From: Azolla caroliniana
Taxonomy: Eukaryota > Plantae > Polypodiophyta
DNA length: 64,000 nucleotides
Direction: 5' to 3'
Assembly: GCA_043228905.1 (NCBI GenBank)
Contig: JBHGNT010000006.1
Span: forward strand, 10,602,001 to 10,666,000
The notes beneath the pieces are model-generated. The model worked only from the letters and a program-made list of their open reading frames with translations, was not told the DNA's origin and searched no databases. A program made the position numbers and the translations under genes. Below, one piece after another: positions 12,996-23,689 of this stretch (the stretch's first letter is position 1; every line of letters begins with the position of its first letter).

Positions 12996-13787
12996 CTACT
13001 CCAGAGATTGCTCTCCGTCACTGATGTTGATTGCCATTGTCATTTGCGATTCCACCTGTTGTCTACGCTCCCGCTCGTATTGCTCAAATTGGAGTTGATT
13101 GGCAAGATGGTCATCCTCCAACTGTTCTACCAACCGCCTCACAACCGTCAATTGTTCCCCTACCAGGGACAAGAAATCGTCCGACAACTCCTCCCTGATG
13201 GTTACAATGGTCTCCGCATCCATCTTGTAGAAGCTGTCACCATCCTTTCTCCGATTCTCAGCATCCGCTTGCAACGTCTGTAATTCCACCGCCTGTTGTG
13301 CCCATTTTGACCACCATTGCACTGAGCTTTCACCAATCATACTCTTTGTCCTTTCTTTCCATTCTAGCACAATGGCGCGGATCCGGTTGAGCCCCATCTT
13401 GGATTTATCCTCCGCAACCTTCTTTTCCTCCTTTAACCTCTTTATCAAGCTCGTGGTTGCCTGTGCTAGCACCCCATATTCCATCAATTGGGTCTGATAC
13501 GTTGTCTGAACCCTATTCAAAGCCAATTTTGCACATTCCATCTCATCATGGTGTTGTCTGGTGAGCACCGTCCTTTCCCTTGCCGCTTCCTCTAACAGCT
13601 TTGCCGACTCCACCGCCTTCGTTCGTTCTTGCGCCAACGCCTCCATTTTCTTGGTTACTTCATTCCGGAGTTCTCTTATCTTCTCATGTTGCCAGTCACA
13701 TTCTGTTGTCAACTTCTTGTGCTCTGTGTCGGTAACGAGTGCGATTTGTGGAAATGTGTATGGATCTGTGTCGGTTCTGAACAACAA
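12996..13787 (-). CDS. Retroelement extra-ORF coiled-coil protein (partial)
   Basis: 263 codons open, heptad-rich. WAQQAVELQTLQADAENRRKDGDSFYKMD aligns with WSVQAAELHILRVDIENRRKEGRGFYKMD of 20382-21029. Confidence 0.7.
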   Translation of the reverse strand: MLFRTDTDPYTFPQIALVTDTEHKKLTTECDWQHEKIRELRNEVTKKMEALAQERTKAVESAKLLEEAARERTVLTRQHHDEMECAKLALNRVQTTYQTQLMEYGVLAQATTSLIKRLKEEKKVAEDKSKMGLNRIRAIVLEWKERTKSMIGESSVQWWSKWAQQAVELQTLQADAENRRKDGDSFYKMDAETIVTIREELSDDFLSLVGEQLTVVRRLVEQLEDDHLANQLQFEQYERERRQQVESQMTMAINISDGEQSLE

Positions 13788-13954
13788 ACAACGCAGACAA
13801 AAGACAGAATAGGCCTGGACTTACACAGTGCAAGCTCTAATTGAAAGCTTTATTGCTTCCTGGTCACTCTCTCTTTGAGATACAATACACAAAAACTTCG
13901 TCTCTCTGTCACTCGTCACACTATACAATGTTAGGTATTCTCTTATATACTAAG

Positions 13955-14754
13955 ACCAAGACACGGACATGGTTCGATGTCTTGAAGGGTCTGAAGATTG
14001 AGGACGAATTTGGACAAGACCTGGAACGAATCAGAAGCACCCGGTTTGGAAGAGGTGTTTGATTCGGATGAGCTGGATCAATTGAAGGCCAAATGGACAA
14101 GGAGGCAATAGAAGTCGACACTAACATGGAGGAGTTGAGAAGGGCCTTATGAGCAGACAAGTCGACCGAGAAGGTCGAGGTGCCTCTTCTCCGGATGCAT
14201 TGTGGGAATCAGAACCAGACTGGACGTGGAGCACGAGCCAAGCGAGAAGACACCAGGTGGAGCCGGAGAAGAGGACCGGCAGACAGAGACACAACCACTG
14301 TGATCCGACCTCAAGTTGAGCTTCAGGAGGAGTGTTGAGCAGACAAGCTCAACCAGATCCAGATCAGTTGAACAAGCCAGAGCTGGATCGGTATCCAGAT
14401 GGTATTCAGAACCAGGAGCCAGATTGGATTGTAAACAATAGGCCGTTAGAGGCCTACAAATCTAGCCTAGTGAGCGAGAATATTTTTAGGCGTCAGTGCT
14501 AGTCGCTCGTATTAGCATTGAAGTATTTGTCAGTACTTCTATTAGTCCTCTTTAGGACTTGTATAAAAATGCTCACAAAGCACATTGTATGTACAAAGCA
14601 TTATTATTTTGAATTGAGTTTATGTTGTTCTGCTCTCTCTTTCTCTCCTGCTCCCTATCTCTCTGATTGAAGCTTCCATTAAAACCTTGTCTCTATTTTT
14701 TGTTGCTATCTAGATAAACCGGTTTGTCAAAGCTTCTGCATATTAACTTTGACA
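13955..14754 (+). mobile_element. Copia family A 3' end with PPT and LTR (14333-14754)
   Basis: aggaggag-TGTTGAGCAGACAAGCTCAAC, homologous to LTRs 3938-4368 and 30210-30629. Confidence 0.85.
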
Positions 14755-15260
14755 CATCGACTACAATGAGACGTTTGCACCGGTCTTGAAGATGACAACC
14801 ATCCGTATCCTGCTCGTGGTAGCTATGGAAAAGAGGTGGCACTTACATCAAATAGATGTAATGAATGTGTTCCTCCAAGGTGAGATTGAGGAACAGGTGT
14901 ACATGGTACAACCCCCTGGATATATGGTTCAAGAGGCTACTCAAGGATCTGTAGGTGGAGGTGTCCGATCCGACAATGATCTACTATGACAACCTCAGTA
15001 ACATCGAACTTGCGAAGAACCTCGTCTTCCACGCCCGGACCAAGCACATTGAGGTGCACTATCATTTTGTTTGCGAGCGAGTCTTTTCTGGTGAAGTCGA
15101 ACAGGTGTATGTTCCGCTTCTCCTGGACAAGTTACGCTTGTCTTGCACCCTATTTTCGGGTGCGCTTGACTTGCAACACCTCGACGTGCCAAACTTGAGT
15201 GGGTGAAATAGAGAAAGGAGTAGAAGAGACCAGAAAGCCGAGTCAGATGAGGAGTTCGAT
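14755..15260 (+). mobile_element. Internally deleted copia RT/RNase H fragment
   Basis: [35 protein letters not shown]. Confidence 0.9.
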
Positions 15261-15349
15261 TTTGATTCTCCTTCTTCTCTCTTCTTCTTCGTTTCTATCT
15301 TTTTTTGTGTTCTTCTCTTCTTCGACTTCTTCTACTATTGCTACTTCTT

Positions 15350-16325
15350 CTACATTAATGTAAGTGATGATGAGTTTTTGTACCCTTCCATTTTCAAAAT
15401 TTTATGTCATACCCCTTTCTTTTTCAAATTTTATTGATTGCCCTTATGAAATTTAGCCATATGCCCTTCTGTTTTTCAAAACCTAATGGGGGTCCTTGAG
15501 CTTTCGAAATTTTATCCTTGGCCCTCTCTTTTTAGGTTTCTGTTTCTTCTACTTTCTGTCTATCTTTCTTATTTCTTCTTTGTCACTTTTCCTCTCTATC
15601 TTCTTATTTCTTCTTCCTCCCTTTTCCTCTTTTCTTCTTTCTTCTTCCTCTTCTGTCGTAATTCTATCCTGTTCGATTTTGATTCTCCTTCTTCTCTCTT
15701 CTTCTTCGTTTCTATCTTTTTTTGTGTTCTTCTCTTCTTCGACTTCTTCTACTACTGCTACTTCTTCCTCCTCCTCTTTCCTCAAGAAGCTATCTTCTTC
15801 TTGGTTTCTCTTCTGCCTTCTTCTTCAATCTTCTTATCTTCTGTTGCAGGGGAGACATGCGACCTTCCCACTCCTTCTATTCTGCCTTTGGGGGGGTGCT
15901 CTGACCATTGGCTGACTCTCGGCCGTCTCTCAACCGTCCCTCGGCTGATGCTCAGCCGGCTATCTCTCGGCTTTTGGCTACATCTTGGCTGACTGTATCT
16001 CGGCTCCTAGCAAAAGTTTCGGCTATGTCTTGACCATCGCTCGGCTATCATCGCTCAGTCGACGCTCGGCCATCGCTCTCAACTCAACACTCGATTGTCT
16101 CTTGTCCGACGTGTAGTTGGCACTCAGCCAACGTCTCTCGCTTGGCCATCACTTACTCGGTGCTCGGCCGTCTCTGACCGGCACGCAGATGGCTATCGAC
16201 CACGTCTCTTGGTCAACCATCACTTACTCGGCTAGCACTTGCCCGACTGTCTCTGGGCCGCGACTATTCGGACACTATCCGGCCCTCTCTTAGTCGTGCT
16301 CGACCATCACCATCTGTGTCTCTCG
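15350..16325. repeat. Pyrimidine-rich internal segment homologous to 32050-33060
   Basis: Shared blocks such as gatgag.ttttgtaccctt and attgcccttatgaaatttag..atatgccc, followed by CT-rich and ctcggc-rich tracts. Confidence 0.7.
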
Positions 16326-16426
16326 ATCATCGCATCTCGGCAGCCACGCAGGCATCAACAGCCCACGTAACCGAGGAAGTAGCCCAGGCGCAGATAGAAG
16401 CAGAGGGGACACAGTCACGACTAGAA

Positions 16427-17006
16427 TGTTGGGATTTCGGTCCCTCCGAATGGGATCGTGAGAACCGGATGATGAGTACCTGACAAGGAAGACCCGGTGA
16501 GAACTGGATTATGCAGGCCCGGTGAGAACCTCTCACCGGATGAAGGGTCATATAGGTAAATATGTTTCTGAGAGCCCATTGGGGCTACATTTGTAAATAG
16601 GACCCTAATGTCATATTAGTATAAATATGATCTAGGGCAGACACTTCTTAATGCGCGTTGGTCATTCTTTGTGTTGTTGTTGTAACTGTTGTATAGAGAG
16701 AGAGAGAGAGAGATACAAAGCGATTCTCTGTTGTAACCGGCGCCAGGCGAAGAGTGTGAGCACGATGTCGTTGCCCTTGTGCCCCCTATTGTATTCTTTG
16801 ACATAGTGATAGTTCGGAGTCTGTGGGCTCTCGTGGTTTTTCCCTCTCAGGGTTTTTCCACGTTAACATCTTGTGTACTCTCTTGTTTACAGTGTGTGTG
16901 CATATATGTGTATTTACCCTCCATTCCCATTCTTGGTGTTTCGATTCTAAATGACACGATTTGAGACTCGGTTGTGGCCGAGTAATATTCCGCATATTTC
17001 GCGTCA
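16427..17006 (+). mobile_element. Solo LTR, copia family B
   Basis: TGTTGGGATTTCGGTCCCTC..CA with TSD tagaa/cagaa; homologous to the LTRs at 46519, 50034 and 54346. Confidence 0.85.
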
Positions 17007-17339
17007 CAGAAATGGAGAAAGTGGCTGAGCAAACCACAAAACCCCAACAGGAGGCAATGGCTCTAGTATCCATGAGTCCGGAGACTCACGATCAACAGCT
17101 CGATGTATCGACCGAGTTACAAGCTGACAAGCTAACAAATGAAGAGCAACCTCTAGCACCGACACAGCCACTTGTCGCCCTTGCGAGTAAAGAGCTAACG
17201 GTCGAAGAAATGGCCAATCTCCAAACCGGGGGATTCTCACAACTAGAGAATATCCTCGCAATTTTGGAAGAAGACTAAGTGTACCATAGCAATATTTTTT
17301 CGACTAACTATCATTTCGATTTTTTGGAAGTTTTGGCAT

Positions 17340-17379
17340 GTGGGTTCGATGTGCAATGCACTGTCGCACGGGCGTGCTA
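17340..17379 (+). other. 40-nt tRNA-Arg-like motif (copy 2)
   Basis: GTGGG TTCGA T GTGC AAT GCAC T GT CGCAC GGGCGTG CTA, then gg, then the LTR TG. Confidence 0.8.
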
Positions 17380-17665
17380 GGTGTTAGCCATGAGACAAAA
17401 AGCCAAAAGGTGTGAAACGAATCATATAAAGGAAACAATTAGGCGATAATGTGAAAAGAACAATTGACCCGAGTGTGAAGAAAGTAGTTGAATGAAATAC
17501 GCGCAGTCGAGAATAGGGGCCGAAAATTAGAGTGGTTGGAGTGCGCTGAGGGAACACAGATGTTATATAAAGCAAGGTGCAACAGCTGAAAAGGGGGCGC
17601 GTGGAAGAGAGAAATATATCTCTGTATGCTATATAAGAGGGAAAAACCTATATTTGTTTTTTGTT

Positions 17666-17668
<3 letters not shown>

Positions 17669-17723
<55 letters not shown>
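17669..17723. repeat. (AG)n microsatellite within an LTR
   Basis: Seen directly. Confidence 0.95.
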
Positions 17724-17726
<3 letters not shown>

Positions 17727-19220
17727 ATAGTACTGTCGAGGGGAAGCCGTGTAATCGATATATGCAGTAATTCTATAATACATACTTTGTTTAGGTTAAT
17801 TTTCGGTGTCATTTCAATATACATCTTTACGTTGAGTTCTATTCCTATACATAAATCATAAGTCATAAGACCAGTTGTGGGGCCGACCATTTCGTAGTTA
17901 ATCATCTTGTTCGGCCCTAGCATACTCTCCTATGTAACCACAATTCCTTGACCGGATTACTTAGGGAGAAATTAAAGGTGTATCTCCAAAAGATGAGACA
18001 ACAATCAAAAGGATACGGAACCAGAAAAACTAAAAGAGCGCCAGCCTTTGTGATGAAGCACAAGGTGAACTCGATGAAGAAGACCACCTCCATGTCGGAA
18101 GAAGTGTGGTATGTTGACTCCGGGGCGTCGAACCATATGACTAGCCATGAAGTGTGGTTCTCATATATGGAGAAATCGGAACAACCGGGAGTTAACCGGA
18201 AATGACACTCTGCACCCAATTGAACATATCGGAGAAGTACCCCTCAGCCATGTGGGATAGAAGGGGAAGCTTATCAACGTGTGGCACGTCCCGGCAGATC
18301 GTCGACCAGAGGATGCAAGTTTGATTCACGCATCTTGGTTGCTTCGTCGAGGAGGAGGGCCAAATCATCAAGCAAGGGCACCGAGACAGGAAGATGTTCA
18401 TCCTCGCCACTAATGATGCCGGCATCACTCTATTCACCAAAGGACAAAAAGTCGAATGGGATATCGACTTAGGGCACAAGCGGATCGGCCATGTCAATTA
18501 CCAGAGGTTTCAGGATTTGCAATCGAAACAAGTGGTATTCATATTGCCAAAGTTTAGTGGCTAGAAGGCCCAAATATGTGAAGCTTGCCAGCTAGGGAAG
18601 CAACACCGACTTCCATTCCCCAACAAACGAAACTGAAGCCAGAACAAGCTCAACTTGATACATTCGGACGTATGGGGACTAGCATAGAATGTTTCTCTTG
18701 GTGAGAGTTCATATTTTGTCTCCTTCATCGACGACTATAGTCGGCACATGTGGATCTATCTCATTTAGAAGAAAAGCGAAGTCTTCGGTTGTTTCCAAAA
18801 CCTGCAAAGTCTTGTCGAACGGGAAATAGAGAGGAAGATTAAATGCCTGCGATCGGATGGCAGAAAAGAGTACTTTCCAACCAATTCAACAACTATCTGC
18901 AACAGAAGGGAATTCAGCGAGAATTCAGTTGTAGATATACACCGGAACAAAACGGAGTCGCCAAGAGGAAGAACTGGTCAGTTTTGGAGACGGCAAGGGC
19001 GATGCTGGAGGAGAAGAGCATGCCCAAGTTCTACTGGGCCGAAACAATCCAGACCATCGTCTACATCCAAAATTGGATTGGTGAGAAGATGTCAACACAT
19101 GAGATGTATTTCAGGCAGAAGCCCACTTTATGACACCTAAGGATATTTGGCAAGATTGCCTATGTGCATGTGGCCCGATGAGAAGAGGAGGAAGTTGGAC
19201 CCAAAATGCATATTGGTTGG

Positions 19221-19659
19221 TGTCATAAACACACCAAGCGTGGACTAGGACGGAGCACAAATGATGGGGCTACGAGCAACGGATGAACTTGGAGCTAGAT
19301 GTGACGAGGTTAGGAACTCTAGATGTTGTGAGTGACATGAGGGCATGAAGACAGAAATAAAGATCAAGGAGACAAAGATGAGGTGAAATGAGAATACTAG
19401 ATTGATGTGTCAATGACTGGTGTTGAATCCCCTGAAAGGGACCAAGGATGTTACAAGTATTTATACAATTTCCGAGATTGAATATCTCTAGAATATACTC
19501 GAGAAATATCTCAAGAATATACCCGTTTAGAATATACCATAGACTATTTCTAGAATATACTAACTAGAATATTTTCGAATGTACTATACACTAGACTACA
19601 ATATATACAAGTTCACAATAGAATGTGGACAGTTCACAAGAGTTTCCATATGGTTAACA
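19221..19659 (-). mobile_element. Probable isolated LTR with an array of (a)GAATAT repeats
   Basis: TG..CA ends and it interrupts the copia integrase region. Minus-strand tataaata at ~19458-19465. No TSD found. Confidence 0.5.
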
Positions 19660-20250
19660 CAACACAATGTATTGTGTGTTTAAAGTCAAAGGTTTGAGTC
19701 TTGAATGTGACAGTCGGTTGCATAACATGGGGTTTGTTGCCTCCAAGTTTTACTTGTTAACCGTTTCTGGGGAAAACACCTTCGATGAGCCAACATGCTA
19801 TCGGTATCAAGGGGTTGTGTTACGTGGAAGCCTCTTCTACACTGAGAAGACGATATGAGAACGAGGAGCGTACACAGGCTACAACTCATTAAGCATAAAC
19901 GTAGCTTGGTTACGAGTACCGGGAAGAATACACAGATGAAGGAACAATAAGAGTGAGATTTATATTAAATGAGAAGCTTACAGTGATTACAGTACACGGC
20001 TCTCTGCTGGAAACAGTTTGTGTAGAGCTCAGGGCTACGATGTTAATCTTGCTAAATAATCTAGGTATCTCTCCCTTCGAGGTATGCAAATCTCAGTTTA
20101 TATAGTTCTCTTCTTTAGACAGAGCCGAGCCATCGGCTGATTGTCAGGGCTAAAAACTCGACTTAGTTCTACCTATTTCCTCACCTACTTTTCTACCTAC
20201 CGGCAAGTTTACATATGATGTATTTATATTTCTAGCCTATGGACAACACC

Positions 20251-20290
20251 TGGCACGCCTGTGGGACAGGACTTTGTCCGTCGAACCCAT
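20251..20290 (-). other. 40-nt tRNA-Arg-like motif at the PPT position (copy 3)
   Basis: Minus strand ATGGG TTCGA C GGAC AAA GTCC T GT CCCAC AGGCGTG CCA, then gg, then the LTR TG. Confidence 0.85.
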
Positions 20291-20381
20291 GGTTCACAAT
20301 GTAGAGGGATAACCACGGATTTTGCAAAAACAAAACAAATTACAAAAGTTGCCCATTTATACAAGGGCTTATGGGTTTGTT

Positions 20382-23300
20382 TTAATCCTCTTCTAATACG
20401 CCGAGGATATCCTCGGGAGCGTGGGGTTGGTCTTGTTGCTCGTAAGGTGGGGTTGATGATGGGGGTTTTGCTGCCGAGTCGGGGACGATTGTGTCTTCGC
20501 GTGTGCCGCCCTCTGTTGGTTCCGATTCAGGCAGGGTCGTGGTCGTAGTTTGTAGCTCGGTTGTGATGTGGGGATCTGTAGGGGTGGGTTCCTCCTGTCT
20601 AGCTTCCGTGGTGGGTGGCTCGGGTTCGTGCTCATTGGTCGTGGGAGCTCTGTTAGTCATGGTGGCTATGCGTTCCTCCTCGTAAGCTTCGGCTTCTAAA
20701 CGGAACATCATTTGATCATTGTTGAAGTCCTCTGGCAGTTGCTCGATGGCCACAGTGTGGGATGTTGCTAAGGTATGATATTCCTCAGTCAAGTCTTCAT
20801 GGAGGGTCTGAATGCTGGTGTCATCCATCTTGTAAAACCCTCGGCCCTCCTTCCTTCGGTTCTCGATGTCCACGCGTAGTATGTGTAGTTCAGCGGCTTG
20901 GACTGACCACTCCTGCCAGACACGGTCGAGCGTTTCCTCGATCTTCTTGGTGATTTGCTGGCGATACTTGTTGATCAAGATCTTTATTTTAGTATTGTCC
21001 ATGCCGATGCTAGCTCGGTGAACTTCCACTTCCTCCCTTGCGGCCTTGGTGTCTTCTTGGCATTTGCGGACTAGGAGTGCTAGAGTAGCTTGTTTATCTT
21101 TTGCTTTTCAGTTATGAGTGCGATTGTCTGCTCCTAACGTTTGGTGAGGTGAGCTACAGTTTCGTCCATTTCCTGTCTCCAAGCGTCCCGATGTCGTTCT
21201 TTGGCGGTGATGTGCTCTTTTTTCAACTGGTGATATGCATCGGAAATTTTCGCCCTTTGCTCTTCCGAGATCCTCCACTTTTGCATGTGTTCGTTTGCGA
21301 ATTCTTGTAATGCCCTTTGTTGACGTCATAATTCCTGGTTGTCTACCAATAGCTCGCGTTCCCGTTGGCTATTCCGCTCTGCTTCTTTGATGAAATGTTC
21401 TTTGGCCTTGGTGATAGACACCTGAAGGGTCATAACCTCTCTTTCTTGTTCTTTGAGTGCGGCCGAGCTTTAAGCAAGCATTCGCTTGAGGTCAACTTCA
21501 TGGCCCACGGCTTGTTCTCGTAGTTGGCCAATAATGTTGTTGTGGTTTTGTTTTGCTAACTCGGCCAAAGCGATCTGGGCCTTAAGCTCCTCTTGGTAGT
21601 CATGGAGGGGACGCCCTGTCTGGGTTGCAACTTGCTGGATCCGGGGAGTGGGTTCCCTGTCCGTTTGTGTAGATCTTTCCATGCCGACAGGTGGTGGTGG
21701 CGTTTGCGTGGAAACGTGGTTGGTTTGGGGGTGTGGGCTTTTATTTGCCCGTGACGATGTCTCGCTTGTTTGTACGGAATCCTTCATTGTGCTTGCATCG
21801 ACCGTGGGGTGAGTTGTGTCGTCATTGTGTGCTTCGGTAACAGTAGCACTGAGGCTCAGGTTCGGCAGAGGGGCTGGTGGGACATCGTTACTCGGGGCAG
21901 GGAGGCTCAAAGGCGGTTGTTCTTGATGTTGTTGCTCTAATGACGCCAGTTTCTGCTCGGCGGCTTGCCATAGCTCAGTGGCCCGTTTGGCTTGCTGCTG
22001 TGTCATTTTGATACGTCGGGCCATGTCCTTGGCTGCCCGAGTTGTGTGGTGTAGATTTCAATATGCCTCGACTAAGGCTGTGTTCAGATCTGGTAGCTCC
22101 ATGAGGAGAGAAGCATTCTGTGCTTGCTTCTTCTGCCCTATCTTCTGTAAGGCTTGATCCTCGTGTGGTTCAATTTCTCCCATTAGAGCGCGTTGGATCA
22201 TCTTTGTTTCCGCGTGCTCCTGGGCCATACAAGCGGCGACAACTAGTTTGGCGCGCGCAAGGAAATCCATTAACTCATATGTTGTGCCCAGTCGAAGTAG
22301 TGCACTGATCTCGTATGCCTCCGTGGGGAGATCTTTTTAACTAAGGACTTCCTCCTCTGATATCTGCGTGGTTTGTCCATGCTCGATCCTACCGACTTGG
22401 AGCCATGACTCCTCTGGTACCATGGCCGTGGAGTTTGGGGTGGCCTCCTTTCTGATGCTGGGTGCCCTCGGTTTCTTTGGTCGACTCGCGATTGATGCGC
22501 CGTCTTGTTTTTGGCTGATCCTGTGAGTCTGGAGCCGGTGGTGGTGGCTCCTCGGCTTGTTTCCTCTTTTGTTGCCGTATGCCCGAGGGCTACTGGTTTG
22601 TGGGGAGTGGGCTCGGTTGTGGAGAGGGCATCGATGTCCTTGGTGTCTTCTGTCGTATGGTGAAATCCTTAGTGATGCGCTCCTTGGCCTCGTCCCATTC
22701 GGCACGGGTCGTTGTCAACGCCTGTTGCTTCTGTGTTTTTGGTGGGGGTGGTACCGAGGCGGAAGTAGGGTTTCAAACGGCCAAGGGAGGTGGAGAAGGC
22801 GAGGGGTCTTCCCATTCTTCTTGGGTTAACGCCAACATCTTCCCCCGTTGTTTCCGTGGTGGTGGTGGGGAGGTAAGGATGCAAGGAGGGGAAATCGAAG
22901 GAGGTGGGTAGAGGACTGTGAGGAAATGATTAATCACAGGCAACAATCGCTTACCGGTTTGAAAAGATTCGAGCGCCGCACGGACTCCTTCGCCGGTGAT
23001 GATTCCCCAATCGATTTTGTAGGCTTCGTACACCCTGATGATGATGGCAGCTTTATTCTGTGGAATACTCGTGGGATTTGTATGCACAAAGGCGTATTCC
23101 ATCAAAATCCGGGCGATCTCCCCAAAAGCCTTGTTTGGCCCTCTGTAAGTGCAGTAAGCTTTACCCGACATTGAATACATCCCAAAATATTCCTTGAGGG
23201 TTGAGTGGGGAGGGATTTCGACCTCATGGTCTTCGCATCGCGCAAGGTCCAGAGCAGCGCGAATCATGTTGTTGGTTACTGTGTCAGGGTGGATTCTGCA

Positions 23301-23450
23301 TGCTATTGTTGGGACGTCAGGGTGCGCTGGGGTGTCGATGACTCGTAAGTACCTGCCTAGTCCTCGTTGTAGTAGACAAGAACGGGTTTCCTGCGATGCT
23401 ACAAGAGGCATGGTGGACTCGAAGGTTTGCTGACAGGGGGCGTGGGGGGA
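20382..23450 (-). pseudogene. Disrupted extra ORF (~1000 codons): plant-transposon-protein-like N-terminal domain, Pro/Thr-rich linker and coiled coil
   Basis: Successive minus-strand ORFs 22773-23411 (AAIIIRVYEAYKIDWGII..LLPVINHFLTVLY), 22058-22270, 21470-22024 and 20382-21029, downstream of integrase. Confidence 0.7.
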
Positions 23451-23689
23451 AGCGATGAGACGAGGGTGAGACAGAGAGATGGAAGAAGATGGTTGGGGAG
23501 GACACCGTTGTTCTGTGTAGGGGCTACGAGGGCGAGAGGAGGCTTGTTTGTAGGAGCGATGAGAACGAGAGAGAGCTTAGGAGCTTGAAGGCGGTGAAGG
23601 CAAGAACGTTGCTGTGTGAGTGAGCACGTTGTGTGTGGGATAGTTTCTTTTATGTGATTGCCTAGGGTTTTGTGCAGGGAGAAGATCCT

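Larger units (their letters stand above)
5153..13955 (-). mobile_element. 3' part of a Ty3/gypsy-type element: 3' LTR ~5153-5484, tRNA-like motif 5490-5529, extra coiled-coil ORF; interrupted by the 5659-11351 insertion
   Basis: The LTR is similar to 31418-31761 (ggctccacccccctcccaagggggttcaa). ORF 12996-13787 is homologous to the extra ORF of the 19755-28927 element. Boundaries are approximate, and the continuity from LTR to ORF is inferred. Confidence 0.65.
16330..17922 (+). mobile_element. 3' end of a Ty3/gypsy-type element: extra-ORF C-terminus (to 17278), tRNA-like motif, 3' LTR 17382-17922
   Basis: The ORF ends ILAILEED*, like ILGVLEED* at 20382. The LTR (TG..CA) has tatataaa at ~17563 and an (AG)n tract. 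Confidence 0.75.

Noticed and set aside
15486-15992. Phe/Leu/Ser-rich ORFs resembling membrane proteins (also 32268-32729 and 60506-60783)
   Set aside because: Translation of CT/CTT low-complexity tracts
17340-17379. Calling the 40-nt motifs tRNA genes
   Set aside because: No D-arm, anticodon arm or A box upstream; the T-loop is interrupted
20251-20267. Reading TGGCACGCCTGTGGGAC as an ordinary PBS of a plus-strand element
   Set aside because: gag-pol, LTR promoter polarity and a second PBS are all on the minus strand, and no plus-strand PPT precedes the right LTR
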